Below, in pieces: positions 38,089 to 46,877 of a DNA stretch of 64,000 nucleotides. Source of the stretch: a virus. The notes beneath the pieces were generated by a model. The model did no database searches and was not told the origin of the DNA. It saw only the letters and a program-made list of their open reading frames with translations. The number at the start of each line of letters is the position of its first letter. Position 1 is the first letter of the stretch. A program made the position numbers and the translations under genes. The stretch lies in the IMG/VR virus record IMGVR_UViG_3300012927_000004. One strand, given 5' to 3'.

Positions 38089-38408
38089 TACTGAATCGGT
38101 TTTGATGGCGGATGGAGTTCATTCTGACTAATTCCTGTAGGTGTCTGTGGTACAGCAGGAGGAGTACAAGTTTTCAATTGTTTTTCTTGCGTGATTATAA
38201 TCACTTCTTGTTCTTTAACTTTCTTGTAAAGAAAAAGTGTTCGATTACTTAAAAAGGAACTTAAAGAAATCAAACATACGAATAATAGAAAGATCGTAAA
38301 CTTCCGAGTATTAAAAGAACTGTGTTTAAAATCTGATTCTTCTTTATTATCAAAAAACAGATCTTTAAAGAAATCAACAATGATCGCTAGACGTGACCAA
38401 AAAGACAT
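38088..38408 (-). CDS. small membrane protein (106 aa)
   Basis: TM helix 'FTIFLLFVCLISLSSFL'. Its stop shares 1 nt with the RNase H start (TAATG). Confidence 0.55.
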   Translation of the reverse strand: MSFWSRLAIIVDFFKDLFFDNKEESDFKHSSFNTRKFTIFLLFVCLISLSSFLSNRTLFLYKKVKEQEVIIITQEKQLKTCTPPAVPQTPTGISQNELHPPSKPIQ

Positions 38409-38465
38409 TTATTTTTCCTCCTTCTAAATTGTCTGAGACACCATCTTCCATCTCGAGAAATCAAT

Positions 38466-39080
38466 ATGTCCAGTAGCGATAAATATATTCCTTCTATTGG
38501 TACCCGAGGTTATTACCAATTACTGACTCCCTTTGATACCCTTATCGGTACTAACGAACAATATACGCTTAAGTCTGTTCGTACTATTAGTGATTACATC
38601 GCAGCTAACGAAGATGTCAAAAATAACATTTATGTTGCTAATAGCATTAGTGATGCCTATCAAGCTGATTTTCAAAATGATATCGAGATTCTAGGTATTC
38701 AGTCGGAACGTGGTGCTTGGGTTTATGTTCCTATTACTTACGTGGAATGTTATCCAATTGTAAATGGTATACCGTACCGCACAGCGAGTATTGTATTACC
38801 ACTACAACCGATTCCAACCGATATTGATCTCACAAATCTTTTATCTCAGCTCAATCAAGTTGTCCTTGAATCGCTTGGTTTTAATGTAACACCAACGGTT
38901 GTAGAGACTTCTAAGGTTGTTCTGGTTTCAACCAGTGCTGATGCAACCTTGCAAACAGATCGTGCTGTCTATAGAACGATCACAACACCTTACAGTCAGA
39001 TTCTTCAATTGAATAACGATCTTACAATTGCGAATGACAAGGTTGCGGCCTTAGAAGAATATATTCTAGCGCATCCATAA
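38466..39080 (+). CDS. hypothetical protein (204 aa)
   Basis: ORF followed by a hairpin terminator. Confidence 0.55.
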   Translation: MSSSDKYIPSIGTRGYYQLLTPFDTLIGTNEQYTLKSVRTISDYIAANEDVKNNIYVANSISDAYQADFQNDIEILGIQSERGAWVYVPITYVECYPIVNGIPYRTASIVLPLQPIPTDIDLTNLLSQLNQVVLESLGFNVTPTVVETSKVVLVSTSADATLQTDRAVYRTITTPYSQILQLNNDLTIANDKVAALEEYILAHP

Positions 39081-39118
39081 TAAAATATATATGTTTCAAA
39101 TTGGAACAAAAAAAATAC

Positions 39119-39150
39119 ACATACCCACGGCATTGTAGCCGTGGGTATGT
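39119..39150. terminator. bidirectional hairpin terminator
   Basis: 13-bp stem 'acatacccacggc' / 'gccgtgggtatgt' preceded by A8. Confidence 0.7.
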
Positions 39151-39164
39151 TATGCTTTACAGAT

Positions 39165-39317
39165 TTACGCGTGAGCGTGTTCGCCGGGCGGCCGATTCGC
39201 TTCCTTGATCTGCTTCTTGTGCTTGCGATTGACCAGGCTGCGCCAGCCGTAGACGACGGCGGTACCGATAGCCACAATGGAAAGAGCTGCGACGGCACCG
39301 ATTGACTTGTCCGACAT
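39165..39317 (-). CDS. micro membrane protein (50 aa), GC-rich
   Basis: ATG 39317 is preceded by 'taaggag'. 'MSDKSIGAVAALSIVAIGTAVVYGW' is a TM helix followed by the basic 'RSLVNRKHKKQIKE'. By hand count the gene is about 59% GC, against a background well under 40%. Confidence 0.6.
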   Translation of the reverse strand: MSDKSIGAVAALSIVAIGTAVVYGWRSLVNRKHKKQIKEANRPPGEHAHA

Positions 39318-39349
39318 GTTGATTCTCCTTACTACGATGGGTGGTGATT

Positions 39350-39532
39350 TTACAACGATGATGTTTCCTGCATCGATGAAACTCTTTTGAGCGCCATCAA
39401 TTTCTTCCTTCTTATCCACTCCGCACGTTGCTTTTTGACGTTGCGAATTTTGAAGTAGTTGTACATAACAACGATTACACCAACAACAGCAGCACCTACA
39501 ACCGTGCTGTTAATATTGTCATTGTCTGTCAT
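39350..39532 (-). CDS. micro membrane protein (60 aa), same architecture as the 39165 gene
   Basis: 'aggag' RBS. 'STVVGAAVVGVIVVMYNYF' is a TM helix followed by the basic 'KIRNVKKQRAEWIRRKK'. Confidence 0.55.
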   Translation of the reverse strand: MTDNDNINSTVVGAAVVGVIVVMYNYFKIRNVKKQRAEWIRRKKLMALKRVSSMQETSSL

Positions 39533-39559
39533 ATTTGTCTCCTAACATACTACAATGAA

Positions 39560-40024
39560 TTATGCTTTTCTTGACTGAGAAGGAACGTTGGAATTATCGT
39601 CAATGGTTCCTTCAAATAGTTTTTGATATCGGCGAGCTGCTTCGATAACCTCATTAATCATATCGCCGATATTTTTGTAACTCTTATCGGGAGTACCGAG
39701 AAGAATTAATAGATCGGACTGATTGAGGGAAGCATAAGCTCTAATGGCTGCTTTGAAAGTAGCAGGGATGAACTTCGATATAGCCGTGTTGTAAATGATT
39801 CCTTCCCCAACAAGGAAGCGTTCATAAACCACTACAGTACCGAGAGGGGTTCCAACTAGCAGTATTTTACGATTTGACTTCTCGTCTAAACACTTATAAA
39901 CAACACCGGTTGGAACGGTGGTAGAGCACGCGTTGGTGAAATGTTCGCCGTCTCGCCAGTACTCCTGAAACTGGACAAGTTCGACATTTGAGCTGTCAAA
40001 CATCTGACTGAAACAATTGCTCAC
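39560..40024 (-). CDS. hypothetical protein (154 aa), GTG start in ORF track
   Basis: ORF length. The start codon is uncertain; an ATG lies 7 codons downstream. Confidence 0.5.
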   Translation of the reverse strand: MSNCFSQMFDSSNVELVQFQEYWRDGEHFTNACSTTVPTGVVYKCLDEKSNRKILLVGTPLGTVVVYERFLVGEGIIYNTAISKFIPATFKAAIRAYASLNQSDLLILLGTPDKSYKNIGDMINEVIEAARRYQKLFEGTIDDNSNVPSQSRKA

Positions 40025-40093
40025 AATGAATCTCCGTGAATCAGACCGGCACTTCGGATTGGGTTTATAAAGAAATCAGTATGATCTTCAGCT

Positions 40094-40125
40094 AAAGTAT
40101 ATGTGATTGAAATTTTTTCAAAAAG
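40094..40125 (-). promoter_or_regulatory. promoter-like motif, family member a (plus strand 'aaagtatatgtgattgaaatttttt')
   Basis: Conserved core shared with five other sites. It lies about 70 nt upstream of the 40024 start. Confidence 0.45.
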
Positions 40126-40181
40126 GAAAAAAAATATCACCAACCTTAACTGGTTGGTGATATATGTTTGTTTGAATTTTG

Positions 40182-40652
40182 TTATTGCAAATAAGAAGCT
40201 TGGCGCATATACTGTTGCAATAATCTGTTGACATCATACAAAGCCCTGCTGGGTCTTAAGTAAGTTGTCCGCATAGATCCAAGCAATTTCGATAGACTCT
40301 TTGCGACTTTCTTTACAAGTCGTGTAAATTGTTTCTGAAGAAGTTTGAGTTTGCTAACACTATCTTCTTTTTCACACTGAACCAAGAGAGTCTTCTGATT
40401 CAGTGACCGGGTAGATTTCATCATCTTCCTGATCATGATAGGTGCTTCATCGAAAAACCAAGAAAGTGAGTTGTCACCAATGCGTGAATGTCTGATCAAT
40501 GCCTTTTTATATACATCGATATTGCGCGAAGGTTCGAGAAATCCCATTGTGCGGATCAAACGACGACTAAAAACAACAATGTTCTCAGCCATTTCTTCAA
40601 ATTGGCTGAGAGATTCTTCGTAACTAGTCAATGTATCATTGGCGATGTTCAT
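40182..40652 (-). CDS. hypothetical protein (156 aa)
   Basis: ORF length. Helical, basic composition. Confidence 0.5.
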   Translation of the reverse strand: MNIANDTLTSYEESLSQFEEMAENIVVFSRRLIRTMGFLEPSRNIDVYKKALIRHSRIGDNSLSWFFDEAPIMIRKMMKSTRSLNQKTLLVQCEKEDSVSKLKLLQKQFTRLVKKVAKSLSKLLGSMRTTYLRPSRALYDVNRLLQQYMRQASYLQ

Positions 40653-40673
40653 AATTCCTCTAAGAATGATGTG

Positions 40674-40892
40674 TCAGTTGATTCTATCTTTCCTGACCTT
40701 CTGATTCGTGATGGCGGCAGCTTTATTGCGACAATTCATACACAATCCATCATACGCAACAGGATCGTGAGAAATAGCGCTTTCAGTACCATATGTGTAA
40801 CCTTCGACATGTCCGCAGGGAAAGCTGATGTTTGCAACAACCATTCCTGACGGTGTTTTGGAAAGCGTATAGGGGTTCATAACAAACCTCAT
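40674..40892 (-). CDS. small Cys-containing (zinc-ribbon-like) protein (68-72 aa)
   Basis: 'FPCGH..' and 'CMNCRNK' are spaced like a Zn ribbon. An alternative ATG at 40880 is preceded by 'gagg'. Confidence 0.45.
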   Translation of the reverse strand: MRFVMNPYTLSKTPSGMVVANISFPCGHVEGYTYGTESAISHDPVAYDGLCMNCRNKAAAITNQKVRKDRIN

Positions 40893-40914
40893 GAAAGTTG
40901 ATAGTGATAAATCT

Positions 40915-40950
40915 CAACTAGAGTATATGTTACTGAAATTGGTTAAGAAA
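40915..40950 (-). promoter_or_regulatory. promoter-like motif, family member d (plus strand 'caactagagtatatgttactgaaattggttaagaa')
   Basis: 22 nt are identical to the 63206 copy. It shares the 27-nt frame GAGTATAT..TTAAGAA with the 43345 and 63206 copies. It lies about 29 nt upstream of the start codon. Confidence 0.55.
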
Positions 40951-40951
40951 C

Positions 40952-40988
40952 AAAAAAAAATACTCCAAGGTGGTTAGCCTTGGAGTAT
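40952..40988 (-). terminator. rho-independent terminator of the helicase gene
   Basis: 11-bp stem 'atactccaagg' / 'ccttggagtat'. The A9 run on the plus strand is a U-run on the minus strand. Confidence 0.75.
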
Positions 40989-41002
40989 TTAATTGATATC
41001 AA

Positions 41003-43291
41003 TTACTTCCCGAACTTCTCAAGCAACTTGCTCACGTCAACACGACCCTTAAGGGGATTGTTTTGTGCAAGAGATTTCTTTTTTGAAATTTCTTCGATCC
41101 ATTCCGGTGTCTTGTTATAAACATCACACAAGTAGTCAATCAGTTTGTTCCTGATCACAAGTGCATCCTGTTCATTCCTTGTCCATTGTATTTCCACGCG
41201 ATCATTTTGCATCGCATAAAAATACAGATCTTCACCGGTTGTCGGGTGTGTACCAACCAGATGACGCTCAGGCTGAGGAACGGGTGTGAATGAATCGTAA
41301 TGCATACACCGGATGTATGGCTTCGAATAACTGGTGTACATGTTATCGATTTTGATATTGACCGCATCAGGATGATCAGGATCATACACCTCAACCGAAG
41401 AGATCACTACACCATTGAAAACTGTTTCAGTTGTCGACTTAACACCACATGAGTACGCCCAGTATGGCTTAAGACCCTTACGAGTTTCAACCAAATGCGG
41501 TGCTGCTCGCATCAGAACAGCTGCATCCACCTTACTGACCATCCGAAGGAGATTCAGTACCTTATTACCGAACCTGGTTTTGATTTCCAGATCGAAAGGT
41601 AATGCGATGACAAAATCAGAAAGACCGGTAAACACTGATTCCCGATTGAGCTGACGCCGTTTATCATCGTCACTACGACTGTATGAACCGTAATTCCTCT
41701 GATAAACGTGATTGACCATTCCTGCACAAACTGCTTCCAGAATGTTCTCCTTGGTACCTTCGCAGTCAACATCACGAACATAACGCCGTACTGCTTGTTC
41801 GATATTCCTGCGAGCTGTACGCGCCCGATAGAAAGCACCAATATGGATGCCAGCATAAGCCATCTCCGGCGGTCTCATTTGCTCAGCAGCATTGTACAAA
41901 TTCAACTGAGCGATAAGATCTGAATCCTTCTCGTTTTTGATGTAACCACGCCAAGCATAATTCTCCCGACCATCTTGGGTCTTCCTGGCGTTGAGTTCAC
42001 CGGTTTCCAGAATCGCAGCAATCGTAATGATGTCTTTGACAACACCCAAACTTTCTGCCGCGATCACCATACGAGCGTACGGAACCGAAATCGGAAGACG
42101 AGAAACACTTCGACCGATAGGTGTAACACGACCATTCTGATCCATGCAACCGAGTTTCTTCAGCTCCTCCTTGGTTTTGTGAATGAGAGCATGATCGGGT
42201 TCATGGAAGAATGCCAACTTCTCCATATCGAAACCGATATCCGCCAGTCTCAGAATGGTCTGATCCAGACGAACACGTTCGATTTCGGCTTTCGGAAACT
42301 CAAGCCGATCTTCACTAGCAACACACCAGTCGATGTAAATACCCGGTTTGGTTCGACCTGCACGACCTGCACGCTGCTTAGAATCAGCCAGAGAGATGGG
42401 TTTCAGATACAGACCTTCGACACCACCATCCAGCTCCAACCGACGTTCCAGACCGCTATCGACAACCGCATCGATATCGTCGATCGTGACACTGGTTTGA
42501 GCAACGTTGGTCGAGACGATGATCTTCGGCTTACCATAGTGTTGGAAACACTTTTTCTGTTCAGCTGAATCCAATTCACCATGGAGAGGAAGTACAACAA
42601 ACCGTCCTTGATGTTCCTCAAGTTCACCGATCAACTTCTCGATCTCCGCCTTACCTGGCTGAAACACCAGAATGTTGTGGCCGTTGTCAGCCAGATTGAC
42701 AACGTCTTGAAGGAGAGAAGTACCACACGGTGCTACGGTGACCGGAAAGAGACGGCCAGGAACATTGATCACCGGTGCGTCGTTGAAGAACTTCGAAAGC
42801 TTCTCGGCTTCAATCGTGGCACTCATCAGAACCATCTTGATGTCACGACCAGCGATGATTTGTTCTTTGACCCAAGCAATCAGAACCTCGATGTTCAGAT
42901 TCCATTCATGGACTTCATCGAGGACAAGGACGGTGCTTCCACGTGTCCTTCTGATGTTGAGTAGCTCGTTGACTAACTGCAAACCGTCAGTCACAAACAA
43001 ACACCGTGTTTCGTCGGATACGAACTTCTCTTGAGAGGTCTGGTATCCAACCACCTCACCAAGTTTTGTGCCCATTTCTTCAGCAACACGTTCAGCCAGT
43101 GTACGTGCCGCAAGACGACGGGGTTGGGTTACCACGACATTGTATCCTGCATCCAGCAGGTATTGCGGCACCTGCGTTGACTTACCGGCGCCAGTGGCGG
43201 CAGTAATGATGGTAACAGGATTTGCACTGTTTGAAACTGAATCAAGTATTTGATCGCGAAAATCAGCGATGGGAAGATGTACCGCATTCAC
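41003..43291 (-). CDS. DEAH/DEVH-box RNA/DNA helicase, HrpA/HrpB-like (762 aa), GTG start
   Basis: Motif I 'TAATGAGKSTQVPQ', II 'LDEVHE', III 'SATI', 'TNVAQTSVTIDDI..VVDSG', and VI 'QRAGRAGR'. GC content is elevated, as shown by the many spurious antisense ORFs. Confidence 0.9.
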   Translation of the reverse strand: MNAVHLPIADFRDQILDSVSNSANPVTIITAATGAGKSTQVPQYLLDAGYNVVVTQPRRLAARTLAERVAEEMGTKLGEVVGYQTSQEKFVSDETRCLFVTDGLQLVNELLNIRRTRGSTVLVLDEVHEWNLNIEVLIAWVKEQIIAGRDIKMVLMSATIEAEKLSKFFNDAPVINVPGRLFPVTVAPCGTSLLQDVVNLADNGHNILVFQPGKAEIEKLIGELEEHQGRFVVLPLHGELDSAEQKKCFQHYGKPKIIVSTNVAQTSVTIDDIDAVVDSGLERRLELDGGVEGLYLKPISLADSKQRAGRAGRTKPGIYIDWCVASEDRLEFPKAEIERVRLDQTILRLADIGFDMEKLAFFHEPDHALIHKTKEELKKLGCMDQNGRVTPIGRSVSRLPISVPYARMVIAAESLGVVKDIITIAAILETGELNARKTQDGRENYAWRGYIKNEKDSDLIAQLNLYNAAEQMRPPEMAYAGIHIGAFYRARTARRNIEQAVRRYVRDVDCEGTKENILEAVCAGMVNHVYQRNYGSYSRSDDDKRRQLNRESVFTGLSDFVIALPFDLEIKTRFGNKVLNLLRMVSKVDAAVLMRAAPHLVETRKGLKPYWAYSCGVKSTTETVFNGVVISSVEVYDPDHPDAVNIKIDNMYTSYSKPYIRCMHYDSFTPVPQPERHLVGTHPTTGEDLYFYAMQNDRVEIQWTRNEQDALVIRNKLIDYLCDVYNKTPEWIEEISKKKSLAQNNPLKGRVDVSKLLEKFGK

Positions 43292-43344
43292 CTGAACTTC
43301 TCCTTGTAACTTGGAAGGGATTAAATCCTACTAGGACTCAAATA

Positions 43345-43375
43345 AGAGTATATATGATTATAATTTTTTAAGAAA
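43345..43375 (-). promoter_or_regulatory. promoter-like motif, family member c (plus strand 'aagagtatatatgattataattttttaagaa')
   Basis: Same 27-nt frame as the 40915 and 63206 copies. It lies about 55 nt upstream of the helicase start. Confidence 0.5.
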
Positions 43376-43378
43376 AAT

Positions 43379-43406
43379 ATAGAGACCGGGAATTCCCGGT
43401 CTCTAT
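43379..43406 (-). terminator. hairpin terminator after the Rad50-like gene
   Basis: Perfect palindrome 'atagagaccggg aatt cccggtctctat'. The downstream sequence on the minus strand is T-rich. Confidence 0.7.
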
Positions 43407-43408
43407 AA

Positions 43409-45913
43409 TTAGGCTATAAATGTATTACTGTTCATCACTACACCATCAGGTACAATAATGTTTTCTGAACTGAGAACGGTTAAATCAACATTTCTCATAC
43501 CCGAATAATTTTGTTCATGATGACTCACTAAATAAATTTGAGGAACATCTGTGTTTAATGTCAAATTGGTTACAATTTGAAACGCAGCATTTCTATGATG
43601 ATGATCGAATGATGATCCAAACTCGTCTAATTGAAGAGGATAATTATTTAATCCTAAACAACGCATGGCTACAATACGAAATGCTAGATCAAAGATTTCA
43701 CATGTTGAAGCATTTGTTTCTCCCATTTTAATATCAGGAGCTTCAAATCGATGATCGAATCTGATAGGAAATTTATAATCAAGTTCAATTTCATCTTGAA
43801 TTGAAATAGGTAAAATCTCTAGAGGATATACCCAAATGTTCTTCACAAATTGGTTCATGCTAGAAACAAACCAATTAATAAATCCTGTTAGACCTTTTGC
43901 AATAAGTCCTGTAGAAGGAGATAAAGCTTGTTCAGCGATCTTTAAGAGTTTAATTTGTTCTTCATGTTCAACCATTTGTTGTTTGAGTTGAAGAAGTAGA
44001 TTTTGTTGTATATCGATTTTTGAAATACTTTGTTCTAATGAAACAAGTTCTTGTCTGAATATCGAAATTAATCGATTAAAATGTTCAACCTTTAAACTTT
44101 CTTGAAGCTGTTGAAAGTTTTGTTCTCGTTCAGATAAAAGAGTTTCAAGATCACTTGTAAAATTTCGAGTTGCTTTTAAAAGTTCAGATAACCGTTCTAA
44201 TACTCTTTGTTGTTCTTCTAATGAACGAATCTTTTCTTGAATCTGTGAAACTTTTAATTCATTCTCTTGAATAATGGCCTTCTCACGATCAAATTCAACT
44301 AGTGATTGTTGGTTAACTAAAACAATCATTTCTTGGATTCGTTTTAATTCTTTATAGGAAACATCTATTTTCATCAGAACAGGAATGTCTCTTAGAACGC
44401 CTTCTAAGACACGCTGACACTGTTTGGGTGTTAGACCTTCCCCTTCATTTAGAATGTCCCATAATACACTCAGGATAGGCCAGGAACGAACGATTTGACC
44501 ATAGCGTAAACGTAAGTCAAAAACTCGATCTATTTCTTTAATGAAGTATTGAAGTTTTGTTAATTCTTCAATAAAATTAGTTTGTTTATTTAGATTTTGT
44601 TCTATCGTTGTTTTAATAACATTGTACTGATCTTCATTGTAACCATGAATCCATTGATGATTACATTTAGGACATGTACGTTGATGGTTGAGTTTTGCAT
44701 CATCCATTTGTTCAATACGATGTTGATCTTGATTAATGTGGGTCTGAAGAACATTGATAGCGGCTTGAATATCCTGACTTTTTCTAACTGCATTCTCTCT
44801 TGTCTGACGAGAGAGATTACGATTGTCTTCAGGAAGCTGACTAAAGATCTCACTCAGATTGCTATAAACAGATTCAAAAGCAGATTTTATATCCGAAATG
44901 TTGACTCTAATGAAATCTTGGAACTGTAAGGAATGTTGTAACTCGAGTAGAATTTCTCCATAGCGTTTCTGTTCTTCCCGGAGCTCAGATGCTGATAAAT
45001 GGTTCGCTTCGTGCAAATTATCATACCGTCGATGTCCTTCTTCAAGAACTCGGTGGAGCTCATTAAGTTCTTTGCGCTCATGTATAGTCTCTATTTCTGT
45101 TTTATAGATCAACTGTTGAATTTGTTCTAAATTCAATTCTATTTGTATAACAGAACCATTCACTGTCTTATTGATCGAATGACGGACTTGTGATAATTTC
45201 TTATAGAGTTGTTCTAATTGACCTTCTTGACCAATTAGCTTTTTCTCCACATCACTTCTAAGTGCTGTAAGTCTAGGTTTAAGTTCTAGGAGTTGATGAA
45301 GGAGTTCTTGATAGAACTTTAACCGTTCTCTAATCTTTAAGATCTCTTCTTCAGAAAGGACCTTTGATAGTTCTGTTAGATAACGATTTTGACTAATATT
45401 AAGAGATCCTTGAAGATCTCTGATACGGGATTTTAGTTGTCCGTAATATTGAAAGGCAAATGTGTAGTCAGCTTGACTCAACAGAGTAAACCAAATACGT
45501 CTCTTACCAATATCCATTGTTGAAAATCGTGTCACACCATCGATTAATGATTGAATATCTTGCGTGATTCCAAACTCTTGTTTGATTAAAGTTCTGAAAT
45601 CGGTGACGGTAGTACCCTGGAAAATGTCGATACCATCTTTTATCAGTTGATACTTACCAGATTTACCGTCAAAACGATTAATGACCTGGTAACTCGAGTT
45701 CCTGTGTGTGAACTCAAGTAGTTTGTATCCATCTTTTTCATACTGTGTATGAAGACTGGGTAATGGAGTAATCTCTCTAAGTAAGGATGACTTACCACTT
45801 CCATTCATTCCTAGAATCAACTGAATGGTGTGTTTCGGTTCCAACCTAATCAATGAGATATTACTTAATTGTAAACGCTTGTAACCCTTTAACTCAATTT
45901 TACTGTATTCCAC
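43409..45913 (-). CDS. Rad50/SbcC-like SMC-type ATPase (834 aa), GTG start
   Basis: Walker A 'GMNGSGKSSLLREI', very long heptad-rich coiled coil, central 'CPKCNHQW' (CxxC zinc-hook position), C-terminal Walker B 'PLQLDEFGSSFD' and 'LVSHHEQ'. Confidence 0.8.
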   Translation of the reverse strand: MEYSKIELKGYKRLQLSNISLIRLEPKHTIQLILGMNGSGKSSLLREITPLPSLHTQYEKDGYKLLEFTHRNSSYQVINRFDGKSGKYQLIKDGIDIFQGTTVTDFRTLIKQEFGITQDIQSLIDGVTRFSTMDIGKRRIWFTLLSQADYTFAFQYYGQLKSRIRDLQGSLNISQNRYLTELSKVLSEEEILKIRERLKFYQELLHQLLELKPRLTALRSDVEKKLIGQEGQLEQLYKKLSQVRHSINKTVNGSVIQIELNLEQIQQLIYKTEIETIHERKELNELHRVLEEGHRRYDNLHEANHLSASELREEQKRYGEILLELQHSLQFQDFIRVNISDIKSAFESVYSNLSEIFSQLPEDNRNLSRQTRENAVRKSQDIQAAINVLQTHINQDQHRIEQMDDAKLNHQRTCPKCNHQWIHGYNEDQYNVIKTTIEQNLNKQTNFIEELTKLQYFIKEIDRVFDLRLRYGQIVRSWPILSVLWDILNEGEGLTPKQCQRVLEGVLRDIPVLMKIDVSYKELKRIQEMIVLVNQQSLVEFDREKAIIQENELKVSQIQEKIRSLEEQQRVLERLSELLKATRNFTSDLETLLSEREQNFQQLQESLKVEHFNRLISIFRQELVSLEQSISKIDIQQNLLLQLKQQMVEHEEQIKLLKIAEQALSPSTGLIAKGLTGFINWFVSSMNQFVKNIWVYPLEILPISIQDEIELDYKFPIRFDHRFEAPDIKMGETNASTCEIFDLAFRIVAMRCLGLNNYPLQLDEFGSSFDHHHRNAAFQIVTNLTLNTDVPQIYLVSHHEQNYSGMRNVDLTVLSSENIIVPDGVVMNSNTFIA

Positions 45914-45938
45914 TATTTTTCCCTAAAGGAAATTTGAA

Positions 45939-46874
45939 ATGAATCCGATGAACAGCGAAGGAAGCGGATTTCGCTTCTACTCGTTTGGTATCGTTGTTGA
46001 AGACAAAACTGATGACGGAGATTACATCAAAGTCACACCTATCGAAGAACTCCCTCTTGTAAAAGGTAAGCTTAGTGAAGCGGCTTTCAATTACGATGTA
46101 AGTGGAACTGACCATAAAGGTGTGAACGTTACTTCTAACATCAAAGGTGTTTCATACGTTATTGCGCAATGGGCACCACTTGAATGTAATAATCGCAATA
46201 CCGCTCCAAACGTTTATGAAAGTGAAACGGTTATGTTGTTAAAGTACGGTAGTACAGATGATGTCTTTTGGTGTGATTTATTTCGTGAACCCAAATTAAG
46301 ACGTCTTGAAAATGTCATTCATTCTTATTCGAATCTAGAAGAGAAAGGCACTGCCTATGATCAAGATTCGTCTTACTGGACACAGATTAGTACACGAGAT
46401 CAAGTTATTAAACTTCATACATCTAACAATAGAGATGAGAAAGTTGGATATGATATTACAATTGATACCGCTAATGGTACTTTTGAACTTTTAGATACTA
46501 ACACGAACAGAATGTTTCTCGATAGTGTCAATGGTGATTTCAAATTATTCACAACGAATAGTATTGAATTAGATTCGCAGATGATTAGAATCAATGGTCA
46601 GACTTATGTGAGAACTACTGGACCTGAAATTACTGAAACGGGTGATCATATTACCAATAATGGTAATCAATCTATTCAGTATACGTCTAGTGGAACTTGG
46701 GATGCTGATTCAGCTGCAACAATTAATCTCCATAAAACAACAGATGTTGATGGTGAACTCATCGCTACAGGTGATGTTACAGGAGCTGGTACTAGTCTTA
46801 ATACACACACTCACAAATACAATCCTGGTTCTGGTGGACCGACTGAAACACAACCCACAACACCTGGGAGTTAA
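45939..46874 (+). CDS. baseplate central spike / gpV-like protein candidate
   Basis: The N-terminus is OB-like ('FGIVVEDKTDDGDYIKVTPIEELP'). The C-terminus 'GDVTGAGTSLNTHTHKYNPGSGGPTETQP' resembles the H.H..G..T..P tail of P2 gpV / Mu gp45-type spikes. Confidence 0.5.
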   Translation: MNPMNSEGSGFRFYSFGIVVEDKTDDGDYIKVTPIEELPLVKGKLSEAAFNYDVSGTDHKGVNVTSNIKGVSYVIAQWAPLECNNRNTAPNVYESETVMLLKYGSTDDVFWCDLFREPKLRRLENVIHSYSNLEEKGTAYDQDSSYWTQISTRDQVIKLHTSNNRDEKVGYDITIDTANGTFELLDTNTNRMFLDSVNGDFKLFTTNSIELDSQMIRINGQTYVRTTGPEITETGDHITNNGNQSIQYTSSGTWDADSAATINLHKTTDVDGELIATGDVTGAGTSLNTHTHKYNPGSGGPTETQPTTPGS

Positions 46875-46877
46875 TCG

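Noticed and set aside
40915-40950. Reading the conserved motif in plus orientation (TATATGTTAC-like) as a rightward promoter
   Set aside because: In every copy the rightward direction runs straight into a terminator hairpin or the 3' end (antisense) of a minus-strand gene. All copies sit a short, similar distance upstream of minus-strand start codons. Antisense transcription cannot be fully excluded.
41155-43253. Numerous 61-197-aa ORFs, antisense or in alternative sense frames, overlapping the DEAH helicase gene
   Set aside because: These are compositional artefacts of an elevated-GC gene. They have no RBSs or motifs.
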